Shown here: in pieces, positions 9,623 through 17,335 of the stretch | Numbering within the stretch: position 1 is the stretch's first letter | How the letters are laid out: each line of letters begins with the position of its first letter | DNA from: an uncultured Bacteroides sp. | GTDB taxonomy: Bacteria; Bacteroidota; Bacteroidia; Bacteroidales; Muribaculaceae | DNA length: 24,000 nt | Direction: 5' to 3' | Assembly: GCA_964571405.1 (NCBI GenBank) | Contig: CAZNBD010000026.1 | Location: 89 to 24,088, forward strand | Notes under the pieces: generated by a model | Databases searched by the model: none | What the model was told of the DNA's origin: nothing | Seen by the model: the letters and a program-made list of their open reading frames with translations, nothing else | Program-made: the position numbers and the translations under genes

Positions 9623-9683
9623 AAGAAAGATTTGAAAATTCAATAATTAATGGCACCTGTGATGTGATGCCTGAACTCGTCTG

Positions 9684-9691
9684 CAAATATA
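9684..9691 (-). promoter_or_regulatory. Candidate -7 box (TATATTTG) for the mscL-aroK-ald-rnhA-glgB gene string
   Basis: The minus strand reads TATATTTG, about 60 nt upstream of the mscL ATG. I found no matching -33 TTTG at the expected spacing. Confidence 0.35.
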
Positions 9692-9734
9692 ACAATACTT
9701 TCCGGTTTTTTGTTTGACCGGATGGAAAAAATGT

Positions 9735-9765
9735 TTTGTTCCGTCACTTTTTTTATGTACCTTTG
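9735..9765 (+). promoter_or_regulatory. Bacteroidota-type promoter for ptb-buk (-33 TTTG / -7 TACCTTTG)
   Basis: TTTG at 9735-9738 is followed by a 19-nt spacer and TACCTTTG at 9758-9765. The box lies about 60 nt upstream of the ptb ATG. Confidence 0.45.
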
Positions 9766-9824
9766 TACGCGTTTAAACCGGGCGGTGTTGCCTGTAAATA
9801 GGCGCTAAACATAAAATACATACC

Positions 9825-10733
9825 ATGATCACAAAATTAAATCAAATTGTGGAGGCTGCGCGTGAGCGCGGACGCCGTAGACTTGCCGTTGCTTACGGCC
9901 AGGACTCACACACCCTGAAAGCCGTGGCTGAGGCCATGGATAAGGGACTGGTGGAACCTATTATTTACGGTGACAGGGAGATCATCATCAGAGAGCTCAG
10001 AGCCCTGGATGTAAATCCTTATGACTTTACCATCATCAATGAACCTTCTGACGTGAAATGCGTCCGTATGGCCGTAGCCGCCGTGGCTGACGGTGAAGCT
10101 GATGTGCTTATGAAAGGCCTTGTCTCCACTGACAAGTACATGCGTGGAATTTTGGACAAGGAAGCAGGGCTCTTCCCGCCCAAAGGCACCCTGAGCCATG
10201 TATCCGTGGTGGAAATCCCCGGATATCCCCGGCTGCTCACCATTGCCGACGTGGCTGTGATTCCCGCTCCGGACTTCAAGCAGAAGACCATTCTCATCAA
10301 ATATCTTGCTCAAGTGGCCGGCACTCTGGGAATTGAGAACCCTAAGATTGCCTGCATAGCTCCCTCTGAGCAGGTTCTTCCTTCCGTTCCTTCATCCACT
10401 GAAGGCGCCATTCTGGCCAAGATGGGTGACCGCGGTCAGTTAGGAAATGTTACCGTTGATGGCCCCCTTTCACTTGATGTGGCTCTCTGGCCGGAAGTGG
10501 CTGAAGAAAAGAAAGTCAAGGGCAGCTCTGTGGCCGGTAAGGCGGACTGTCTCCTTTTCCCAAATATTGAAAGCGGAAATGTTTTCTTCAAGAGCGCAAC
10601 TCACATGGCAGGTGCGGAAATCGCCGCAATGGTAGTCGGCACCAAGGTTCCATGTGTACTCACCTCACGCGGTGACACCCCCGCAACCAAGTTATATTCT
10701 ATTGCCTTAGCCTGCTTAAGTTATAAGATATGA
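9825..10733 (+). CDS. ptb: Phosphate butyryltransferase (PTA/PTB family)
   Basis: 302 aa with PTA_PTB-family motifs (DVLMKGLVST, SHVSV, DGPLSLDVAL, FPNIESGNVFFK, SRGD). It overlaps a butyrate kinase gene by ATGA. Confidence 0.88.
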   Translation: MITKLNQIVEAARERGRRRLAVAYGQDSHTLKAVAEAMDKGLVEPIIYGDREIIIRELRALDVNPYDFTIINEPSDVKCVRMAVAAVADGEADVLMKGLVSTDKYMRGILDKEAGLFPPKGTLSHVSVVEIPGYPRLLTIADVAVIPAPDFKQKTILIKYLAQVAGTLGIENPKIACIAPSEQVLPSVPSSTEGAILAKMGDRGQLGNVTVDGPLSLDVALWPEVAEEKKVKGSSVAGKADCLLFPNIESGNVFFKSATHMAGAEIAAMVVGTKVPCVLTSRGDTPATKLYSIALACLSYKI

Positions 10734-11950
10734 GTCACAGAATTCTTGCCATCAATCCCGGCTCTACCTCTACTAAAATTGGAGTTTTTGACGATGACAA
10801 ACAGGTTTTTGTAACATCCATCCCCCATACTCCTGAAGAACTTAAGCAATTTCATAATGTCATAGACCAGTTTTACTGGCGCAAGGACCTCGTCAAACAG
10901 GCTCTTGCCAAGGAAGGCATTCCCCTCAAAAGCATTGATGCCATAATAGGGCGAGGTGGTCTTATCAGCCCCGTGGAAAGCGGAATTTATGAGGTCAATG
11001 CAGACCTTGTCCATGACCTGCTCCATCCGCGCGTGCAGCATGCCTCAAATTTGGGAGGCCTCATTGCCAAACACATAGGTGACGAAATAGGTGTCCGCTC
11101 CTTCATTGCTGACCCTGTAGTGGTGGATGAGATGGCACCGTATGCACGGTTGAGCGGCCTGCCGGAACTTCCACGTGAAAGCATTTTCCATGCCCTGAAC
11201 CAGAAGGCCATGGCTCGCCTGTACGCCAAGGAGACCGGGAATGAATATGAGAAACTCAACCTGATTGTCTGCCACATGGGCGGCGGAATAACAGTCAGCG
11301 CACACCGTAACGGAAAGGTAATTGACACCACCAACGCCCTTGACGGCTGCGGACCCTTCTCTCCGGAACGCTCCGGATCCTTACCTCCGGGCCCACTGAT
11401 CCGCCTCTGTTTCTCAGGAAAATACACAGAGCGTCAGCTCATCAACATGGTTCATGGAAAAGGCGGACTGTATGCCCACTTGGGAACCACATCCGTACCG
11501 GAAATCCTTGACCGCATAGACCGGGGCGACCTCCATGCCATGCTCGTACTCCGTGCCATGGTATATACAGTTGCCAAGGAAATCGGAGCCATGGCCATCG
11601 CCCTCAAGGGAGATGTAGACGCCATCATCATAACTGGAGGAATGGCACACAGCAAACGAGTCACAGACTTTGTGGCAGAACACGTATCATTCATCGCACC
11701 CATATTCGTTTACCCCGGCGAGAATGAGCTCAAGGCACTTGCTTCCAACGCATTGGCCGCAATCAACGGAGAGCGCGTAGCCATCCAGTACGTCCACCAG
11801 GACTCCGAGGACCCCTCACAGATCAACGACACATCCAAACCCTCCAAACTCCGCGACTGGCTCCGCGCCGCCCTCCCCCTCAAAACAGACGCCATCCCCA
11901 TGACCGCCATCCGCCAATACCTCCGCCGCCTCTCCATCAACAAAAAGTAA
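10730..11950 (+). CDS. buk: Butyrate kinase with an unusual ~52-aa C-terminal extension
   Basis: The N-terminal ILAINPGSTSTKIGVF (ASKHA phosphate-1 motif), HASNLGG, CHMGGGITV and ITGGMA motifs match butyrate kinase through about residue 354. The reading frame then continues for 52 more codons (11792-11947). Confidence 0.9.
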   Translation: MSHRILAINPGSTSTKIGVFDDDKQVFVTSIPHTPEELKQFHNVIDQFYWRKDLVKQALAKEGIPLKSIDAIIGRGGLISPVESGIYEVNADLVHDLLHPRVQHASNLGGLIAKHIGDEIGVRSFIADPVVVDEMAPYARLSGLPELPRESIFHALNQKAMARLYAKETGNEYEKLNLIVCHMGGGITVSAHRNGKVIDTTNALDGCGPFSPERSGSLPPGPLIRLCFSGKYTERQLINMVHGKGGLYAHLGTTSVPEILDRIDRGDLHAMLVLRAMVYTVAKEIGAMAIALKGDVDAIIITGGMAHSKRVTDFVAEHVSFIAPIFVYPGENELKALASNALAAINGERVAIQYVHQDSEDPSQINDTSKPSKLRDWLRAALPLKTDAIPMTAIRQYLRRLSINKK

Positions 11951-11969
11951 CCCCAACATTCACAGCGCC

Positions 11970-13016
11970 TCATCTGCGCGCCTCAACCTGAGATTGGATT
12001 AGGTTGATGGCGAAGTCAAGGATGGTGTCGTGGCCAGTGAGGGCTTCTTCGGGGTTCATGTCTACTTTGCAGCCGCGGGTGGGTTCTATGCCGAATTCGG
12101 TCAGGTTCATGTATTTATCGTACATGGGTACGGCTGAGAAGCGGACTGCCCAGCCGCAGGGTATCTCGCTGGTAAAGGGCATTCCGCAACCGCCGCCGGT
12201 GCGGTCTCCAACTATGGCCACATGCGGCAGGTATTTCATTATTGACACAAAGTCATTTGCGGCACTGTACGTACTTCTGTTGGTCAGGATGACCACAGGT
12301 TTCAACCAGCGTACGTGCTGCTCCGCGGGGTCTATGTTATACGCATACGGCTCTGAAAAATCATCATGGCCCGGACCGGTTTTATGACAGATATATCCGG
12401 CCAGGATGGGTTCCGAGATAAAGTGGGCCACCAATTTCTCAACATTTGTCACCTCACCTCCTCCGTTGTCACGGATGTCAATGATAAGACCGTCAGCGTC
12501 TTTCATGCTGTAAAGCATGTTGTCAACAAATACATCTGAGAAGCCGGATGAGAAAGTTGAATATCTCATGTATCCCACATTGGGCTCAGTGAGATACTTG
12601 TATATCATCCCACCGCCGCTGTGATAATCAAAGTCAAGGTAATACTGCTGAACGAGACGGAGGTCAAAGTTCTGAGGATAATCTGTCCACCATTTTCTGT
12701 AATAAGACACATCAAACCAGGAAATTAAGTTTGTGTGCCCATCCTGAAGCTCATCCAGCATTGCTGCGCAGTGCGCAAAGAGCTGTTCAGCCTTCCAGTC
12801 CGGCTGAATCTCAGAACGGTAACGTATCCTGATTGCCTCCCAGTCTATATTCTTATACTCAAAAAAGCAGTAATGCTCATCAATGATTGTCCAGAGGGCG
12901 TCAAAATTCCCGTAAAGGTCGTTATCCCACGTTTCCACAGTGTGGCAGCCGGACAGGGACAGGAGCGAGGAAAGCGCCAGTGCAAAGCTTATGGCAATAT
13001 TCTTAAGTTTTTTCAT
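11970..13016 (-). CDS. S41-family (C-terminal processing/tail-specific-like) peptidase, lipoprotein
   Basis: The signal peptide ends in LSLSGC (lipobox-like). The S41 core has DIRDNGGG and ILTNRSTYSAANDF (catalytic Ser region). I prefer the start MKKLKNIA at 13016, one nt after the upstream gene's TGA, over the ORF-track start at 13031. Confidence 0.85.
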   Translation of the reverse strand: MKKLKNIAISFALALSSLLSLSGCHTVETWDNDLYGNFDALWTIIDEHYCFFEYKNIDWEAIRIRYRSEIQPDWKAEQLFAHCAAMLDELQDGHTNLISWFDVSYYRKWWTDYPQNFDLRLVQQYYLDFDYHSGGGMIYKYLTEPNVGYMRYSTFSSGFSDVFVDNMLYSMKDADGLIIDIRDNGGGEVTNVEKLVAHFISEPILAGYICHKTGPGHDDFSEPYAYNIDPAEQHVRWLKPVVILTNRSTYSAANDFVSIMKYLPHVAIVGDRTGGGCGMPFTSEIPCGWAVRFSAVPMYDKYMNLTEFGIEPTRGCKVDMNPEEALTGHDTILDFAINLIQSQVEARR

Positions 13017-13017
13017 C

Positions 13018-13860
13018 TCAGTACAAAGCATTTACCACACGGGCGTTGAGATTTTTGAGAGGATAAAGCGATACCCATTCACTCACAAAGCCCAGTACAA
13101 AAGTGTGGCTGACATTCCGGGTGACAATGTGAGAAGACTTGGATGAAAGCACATCCATCCGGTACCCCAGGCGTACAATTGTACCGCCGAAACGCAGGTC
13201 AGCCGTCAGCAGATTGTCAAGACTGAACCGGTTACCGGGCCAGGCCCAGTGAGCCAGATTGCGATGGTTGCCCAGGTATATCTCATAATACAGTTCTCCG
13301 TACTCAGGAGCAAAGAAAGCCCCTGTCAGCGGGAGACGGGCCTGATACCGCAGACAAACCGGCACGCGGAGTACTGATGTATTATATGCCACTGCACCCA
13401 TAGCGCCCACTGTCCACGCCAGTTTGGCCGCCACCGGGTTATTGGAATTCCTCTGACTGTAAAAAGCCCCGGCGGAAAGATCTGTTGAGCCGCCGACATA
13501 GAAGCGCCATGGTCCTTGTTTCCACACACGCATCATGCCCCACCCGGCTTCCAGGCCAAAGTTCCATATGCGTGCTGTATGCGTCCCGTTAAAAGTCTCT
13601 GAGGCATAGGCCCGGACGTTCAGTTCCATTACCCATCTGCGAGGGTCAAACTTCATGGCCTGCATGCGTTCATACCCCAGGCCATATGAAAGACCGGAGT
13701 ATTTGAGCGGTGAAATATAAGTTTCCGCAATGTGGGCGCGCCCAATCTCAGCCGTGTAAGCACTCAGCACCGGACGCAGTGTATATGAGCTGCTGTCCTG
13801 CGCATAAGCCATCACAGCGCATAACAGCATGATAATTAAAACTCTGAAACGTCTACTCAT
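13018..13860 (-). CDS. Uncharacterised secreted protein, predicted outer-membrane beta-barrel
   Basis: It has a signal peptide (MSRRFRVLIIMLLCAVMAYAQD), alternating aromatic/hydrophobic strands, frequent G/Y/W/R and a C-terminal aromatic residue (NALY). I recognise no named family with confidence. The preferred ATG at 13860 overlaps the parC stop by 8 nt. Confidence 0.6.
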   Translation of the reverse strand: MSRRFRVLIIMLLCAVMAYAQDSSSYTLRPVLSAYTAEIGRAHIAETYISPLKYSGLSYGLGYERMQAMKFDPRRWVMELNVRAYASETFNGTHTARIWNFGLEAGWGMMRVWKQGPWRFYVGGSTDLSAGAFYSQRNSNNPVAAKLAWTVGAMGAVAYNTSVLRVPVCLRYQARLPLTGAFFAPEYGELYYEIYLGNHRNLAHWAWPGNRFSLDNLLTADLRFGGTIVRLGYRMDVLSSKSSHIVTRNVSHTFVLGFVSEWVSLYPLKNLNARVVNALY

Positions 13861-16453
13861 CTTCCTCCGGTTCAAGTTCTTCAATACTTGATACATTCGG
13901 TTCAAGTTCTTCTATACTTGATATATTATATGTTGTCAGGCGCTTACCGCGGGCCTTGAATCCTTTTACTCCAATAAATGATTCCGCATCAATCTCAGCA
14001 GGCACACGGCCCTCATCCGCAAAATGAATCAGGAAGCGAGGCTCGGGACGGTCTGTAAGCCAGAGAAGTTTTGACTTATCCGTCTCTCCCACAAAGCGCT
14101 GATGCTTGCTGCCGGCCTCAAACTTGAATCGCTTTATATATGGATACTTCTGTTCCGCATCATCAACAATGGCCGTCCAGACAGTCTCCGGGTCAAACTT
14201 TTCAATTCTGAGTACATGATCCTCATAATGGTTTGTGAGGGCAAAGTCTGTGGTATAATATTCACCGTTGGGGAGAACCACCAGAATCTTGTCATCATCA
14301 GAAAATTCACCTAACAATGTGCCACGCCCGTCATAATTGAGACGCATGACATCAAAGTCAAACCATACCTTACGGGCACCGAGTGTGGATACTCCTTTTT
14401 CTTTCAGGGAGAAGCGCTGTACATCATTCTTGGTCACAAGATTACCCTGGGCGCCGCGGCCTTTGTGGATGGCGAGCTTGGAGAAATCAACGTCAAATGA
14501 GAGTTTCTTGAGGCGGTCTTTGGGCTTGAGAGTGACGCGCACTGTCTCAGCTTCTCCATTGGGGTTGGCGGTAAACCAGACCACCCTTGTATCCGTGCGG
14601 TCTTTCACCAGGTTGTACTCCTTGTCGCGTGTCAGGCCGGTGGCCTTGAAGCGCTTCATATAATATACACCGCCCTTGCCATTCTGATAAATGACATTGT
14701 AAACGGTGCGGTCATCATTGCGTTTATAAATACCTATGTGTGTAACACCCTTGCCAACAAAGATTTTCTCATCCACGCGGGTGATTTTGTAACGACCGTC
14801 ACGGTAAAAGATTATCACATCATCAATTGTGGAGCAGTTGGCAATGAACTCATCTTTTTTGAGTGCAGTTCCAATAAAGCCTTCCTCACGGTTAAAGTAC
14901 AGTTTCTCACTGGCTTCAGCCACCGTGGCGGCCTCAATTGATGCAAAGCCGCGTATGGCAGTCCGGCGCGGGTAATGCTCTCCGTACCTCTCCTTCAGGG
15001 ATTCAAACCAGTTGATGGTTTCGCGGTCAAGGTGAGCAAGCCGGTCAAGGATGTCGGCAATCCTTTCACGCAGTTTTTCCAGAGCCTCAGAGGCCGCAAA
15101 GGAATTGAACTTCAGGATGCGCTTCATCTTGATTTCAAGCAGCCTCAGCAGATCATCCCTTTCCGGCAGACGTTCCAGCTGAGGGTGCCAGGGCTCAAGG
15201 CGTTTGTCAATATGCATCAGTGCACTCTCCAGGTCCTGAGCCTGTTCATATTCCTTGTCCTTGTAGATTCGCTCCTCAATAAATATCTTTTCCAGTGAGG
15301 CATACATGAGCTGTTCCTTCAGCTCATCCAGCTGGACTTTCAGGTCTGCCTCAATTATCCGCCGGGTGGTATTGACACTGTGGCGGAGGACATCGCTCAC
15401 CCCGATAAAGCAGGGTTTTTCATCCTGAATGACGCAGCAGTTGGGACTGATACTCATTTCGCAGTCCGTGAAAGCATAAAGAGCATCCATGGTCTTGTCT
15501 GAGGACGTTCCCGGCTGAAGGTGTACATAAATGGAGGCAACGGATGATGTGTTATTCTCAACCTTGCGTATCTTTATCTGTCCCTTCTCATTAGCCTTCA
15601 GGATGGATTCAATCAGCGAGTCCGCTGTCTTGCCGAAAGGCAGCTCGGTTATGTTGAGAGTCTTTGAATCAACTTTTTCAATCTTGGCACGCACCTTGAC
15701 AGCTCCACCGCGCTTGCCGTCATTATATCTGGAAACATCAATCAAACCGCCTGTGGGAAAATCCGGCAAGAGGCTGAACTCCTCACCTTTAACATAGCTC
15801 ACGGCCGCATCAAGGATTTCATTGAAGTTGTGGGGCAAAATCTTTGAAGAGAGGCCCACGGCAATGCCCTCCGATCCCTGTGCCAGCAGCAGGGGGAATT
15901 TGGCAGGCAGGGTAATCGGCTCCTTCTTACGCCCGTCATAACTTACCGTCCACGGTGTTACTTTCGGATTAAAAAGAACCTCCAGGGCAAATGTGGAAAG
16001 GCGTGCCTCAATATAACGCGCTGCTGCCGCTGAGGCTCCAGTCAGAATATTGCCCCAGTTTCCCTGAGTCTCAACCAACAGATCCTTCTGGCCCAACTGC
16101 ACCAGCGCATCCTTGATTGAAGCGTCACCGTGAGGATGATACTGCATGGTTGTGCCCACAATATTTGCCACCTTGTTCATCTTACCGTCATCAATGGTCT
16201 TCATGGCGTGCAGGATGCGGCGCTGAACCGGCTTAAGGCCGTCATCAATATGAGGAACAGCGCGTTCCAGAATCACATACGATGCATATTCCAGGAACCA
16301 GTTACGGTACATTCCCCTCAGATGGCGTGAAGACTCCGGTGAACTACCGATATTGGTTGCCGCCGGACCGGAATATTCCGGCTCAGCAGAGTCATGCAAA
16401 ATTTCTTCTTCCTGATTCAAATCTGTGCGAGGGTCTGTTTCCATGGTATCCAT
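13853..16453 (-). CDS. parC: DNA topoisomerase IV subunit A (type IIA topoisomerase A subunit)
   Basis: The sequence ERAVPHIDDGLKPVQRRILHAM, HPHGD and the active-site region AAARYIEARL (catalytic Tyr) are type IIA A-subunit signatures. I saw no GyrA-box (QRRGGKG) in the C-terminal domain, so I call ParC rather than GyrA. The preferred start is MDTMETDP at 16453, with an alternative at 16444. The ORF-track start at 16498 runs into the promoter. Confidence 0.87.
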   Translation of the reverse strand: MDTMETDPRTDLNQEEEILHDSAEPEYSGPAATNIGSSPESSRHLRGMYRNWFLEYASYVILERAVPHIDDGLKPVQRRILHAMKTIDDGKMNKVANIVGTTMQYHPHGDASIKDALVQLGQKDLLVETQGNWGNILTGASAAAARYIEARLSTFALEVLFNPKVTPWTVSYDGRKKEPITLPAKFPLLLAQGSEGIAVGLSSKILPHNFNEILDAAVSYVKGEEFSLLPDFPTGGLIDVSRYNDGKRGGAVKVRAKIEKVDSKTLNITELPFGKTADSLIESILKANEKGQIKIRKVENNTSSVASIYVHLQPGTSSDKTMDALYAFTDCEMSISPNCCVIQDEKPCFIGVSDVLRHSVNTTRRIIEADLKVQLDELKEQLMYASLEKIFIEERIYKDKEYEQAQDLESALMHIDKRLEPWHPQLERLPERDDLLRLLEIKMKRILKFNSFAASEALEKLRERIADILDRLAHLDRETINWFESLKERYGEHYPRRTAIRGFASIEAATVAEASEKLYFNREEGFIGTALKKDEFIANCSTIDDVIIFYRDGRYKITRVDEKIFVGKGVTHIGIYKRNDDRTVYNVIYQNGKGGVYYMKRFKATGLTRDKEYNLVKDRTDTRVVWFTANPNGEAETVRVTLKPKDRLKKLSFDVDFSKLAIHKGRGAQGNLVTKNDVQRFSLKEKGVSTLGARKVWFDFDVMRLNYDGRGTLLGEFSDDDKILVVLPNGEYYTTDFALTNHYEDHVLRIEKFDPETVWTAIVDDAEQKYPYIKRFKFEAGSKHQRFVGETDKSKLLWLTDRPEPRFLIHFADEGRVPAEIDAESFIGVKGFKARGKRLTTYNISSIEELEPNVSSIEELEPEEDE
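13864..13923. repeat. Two tandem 30-nt units (27/30 identical) inside the 3' end of parC
   Basis: Units 13864-13893 and 13894-13923 differ at 3 positions. They are in frame and encode N(I/V)SSIEELEP twice, just before the acidic C-terminus EEDE. Confidence 0.85.
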
Positions 16454-16467
16454 TTTCCAAATTCCCA

Positions 16468-16499
16468 CAAATTTACACAAATTTTCCATTAACACCAAA
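16468..16499 (-). promoter_or_regulatory. Candidate parC promoter (-33 TTTG / -7 TAAATTTG)
   Basis: On the minus strand, TTTG (16499-16496) is followed by a 20-nt spacer and TAAATTTG (16475-16468). The box ends 14 nt before the ATG at 16453, implying a very short leader. Confidence 0.4.
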
Positions 16500-16538
16500 A
16501 ACCACAGGAAAATTATTGTTCAAAAAGCAATAAAAATC

Positions 16539-16556
16539 ATTCACAAATTTGTGAAT
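16539..16556. promoter_or_regulatory. 18-bp perfect palindrome ATTCACAAATTTGTGAAT, candidate HigA operator
   Basis: It is a perfect inverted repeat read directly from the sequence. Its centre contains the TTTG that serves as the -33 element of the higB promoter. It lies in the divergent parC/higB intergenic region. Confidence 0.6.
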
Positions 16557-16579
16557 CAGAAAAAACTTTCATATATTTG
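16548..16579 (+). promoter_or_regulatory. higBA promoter (-33 TTTG / -7 TATATTTG)
   Basis: TTTG at 16548-16551 is followed by a 20-nt spacer and TATATTTG at 16572-16579. The box ends 17 nt upstream of the higB ATG at 16597. Confidence 0.5.
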
Positions 16580-16596
16580 CACCAAAATATGAATAT

Positions 16597-16914
16597 ATGA
16601 TTGTTGAATTCGGAGAAGAGTATCTGAGAGATCTCTATACCTTGGGAACTTGTAACGATAAGAAACATCGTTACAGAGTTGATGTAATCAAACGATATAA
16701 ACGAGGAATAGATTATCTCAAATGGGCTAATCGCATAGAGGATCTATTCAGAATCAACTCTTTGAATTTTGAAGCATTAAGAGGTAATAAGCATGGTCGC
16801 TATTCCATAAGAGTGAATAATCAATACCGAATAGAATTTACAATAAGGGAAACAACAGAAGATCCGATTTTAACCATCTGCAAAATTATTGAACTCTCAA
16901 ACCATTATGAATAA
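16597..16914 (+). CDS. higB: Type II toxin, HigB-like (RelE/ParE superfamily, 'plasmid maintenance system killer')
   Basis: 105 aa. The pattern ...FEALRGNKHGRYSIRVNNQYRIEF...ICKIIELSNHY matches the HigB signature (L.G.r.G.wSirvn.q.Ri.F ... dYH). The toxin-first gene order with an XRE antitoxin downstream is typical of HigBA. Confidence 0.85.
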   Translation: MIVEFGEEYLRDLYTLGTCNDKKHRYRVDVIKRYKRGIDYLKWANRIEDLFRINSLNFEALRGNKHGRYSIRVNNQYRIEFTIRETTEDPILTICKIIELSNHYE

Positions 16915-17260
16915 TATAATTAAAATATCAGGGGTTTCAGCGGACATGATAGCAAACAATCTAACTCCTTTTGAACCTACACATCCCGGAGAACTCATCA
17001 AAGATGAACTTGATGCGAGACACATAACTCAGGCAAGTCTGGCAGAACGTATAGGAGTAAAACCTTCACTTCTCAATGAAATAATAAAGGGTAAGAGAGG
17101 AGTAAATACAGAAATGGCTTTATTAATTGAGGCCGCTCTTAATATCCCTGCTGAATTATTGCTGAATCTGCAGGGAGAATATAATATGCAGATAGCCAAA
17201 TCAAATACATCGTTCATGGAACGCCTCTCCTCAATCCGTAAAATCACAGCTGTGCTGTAA
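16907..17260 (+). CDS. higA: HigA-family antitoxin (XRE-type helix-turn-helix)
   Basis: The sequence HPGELIKDELDARHITQASLAERIGVKPSLLNEIIKGKRGVNTEMALLIEAAL is the HigA/VapI HTH_3 signature. The first ATG (16907) overlaps the higB stop by 8 nt. The ORF-track start at 16889 is a TTG. The ATG at 16946 (MIANNLTPFEPTHPGE) is an equally plausible start. Confidence 0.85.
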   Translation: MNNIIKISGVSADMIANNLTPFEPTHPGELIKDELDARHITQASLAERIGVKPSLLNEIIKGKRGVNTEMALLIEAALNIPAELLLNLQGEYNMQIAKSNTSFMERLSSIRKITAVL

Positions 17261-17300
17261 AATCCCGGAAGGAACTGAAAGGATTCTCAATAATAATTGT

Positions 17301-17308
17301 TAACTTTG
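17301..17308 (+). promoter_or_regulatory. Candidate -7 box (TAACTTTG) for the namZ-like/SSS/WYL unit
   Basis: It is an exact TAnnTTTG match ending 27 nt before the ATG at 17336. I found no clear -33 TTTG. Confidence 0.4.
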
Positions 17309-17335
17309 CAGGCAGAACCATGAATAATCAATCAC

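Noticed and set aside
9180-9635. 151-aa ORF running the full length of mscL on the opposite strand
   Set aside because: It mirrors mscL almost exactly and gives a Ser/Thr/Ala-rich product. MscL homology on the minus strand is unmistakable, and a full-length antisense frame is a common codon-bias artefact.
11812-11954. Runs of 3-5 C (G on the minus strand) that might form an i-motif or G-quadruplex
   Set aside because: The runs are separated by 15-50 nt except for one adjacent pair, so the loops are far longer than in stable G4 or i-motif structures.
11710-11973. 87-aa ORF on the minus strand opposite the buk tail
   Set aside because: Its Arg/Trp/Gly-rich product simply reflects the G-rich complement of the C-rich tract. 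It has no promoter-like box and would overlap the S41 stop. I treat it as non-coding, and the tract itself is reported as a finding.
13861-13905. N-terminal extensions proposed by the ORF track: 13018-13905, 13853-16498, 18513-20048, 9173-9643, 11970-13031 and 16889-17260
   Set aside because: The extended starts run into the upstream gene or promoter, or use TTG. The internal ATGs give canonical signal peptides or family-typical N-termini and tidy stop/start junctions, so I trimmed the calls.
16541-16554. Possible CRP/FNR-type site because of the TCACA and TGTGA half-sites
   Set aside because: The half-sites are in the opposite order and spacing (TCACA-N4-TGTGA) from the CRP consensus TGTGA-N6-TCACA. 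The location fits an antitoxin operator better.
16511-17301. Possible target-site duplication flanking the higBA islet (AATTATTGTT at 16511-16520 versus AATAATTGTT at 17292-17301)
   Set aside because: Identity is only 8/10 in AT-rich intergenic DNA, which is easily explained by chance. No integrase or transposase is present to support a mobile-element call.
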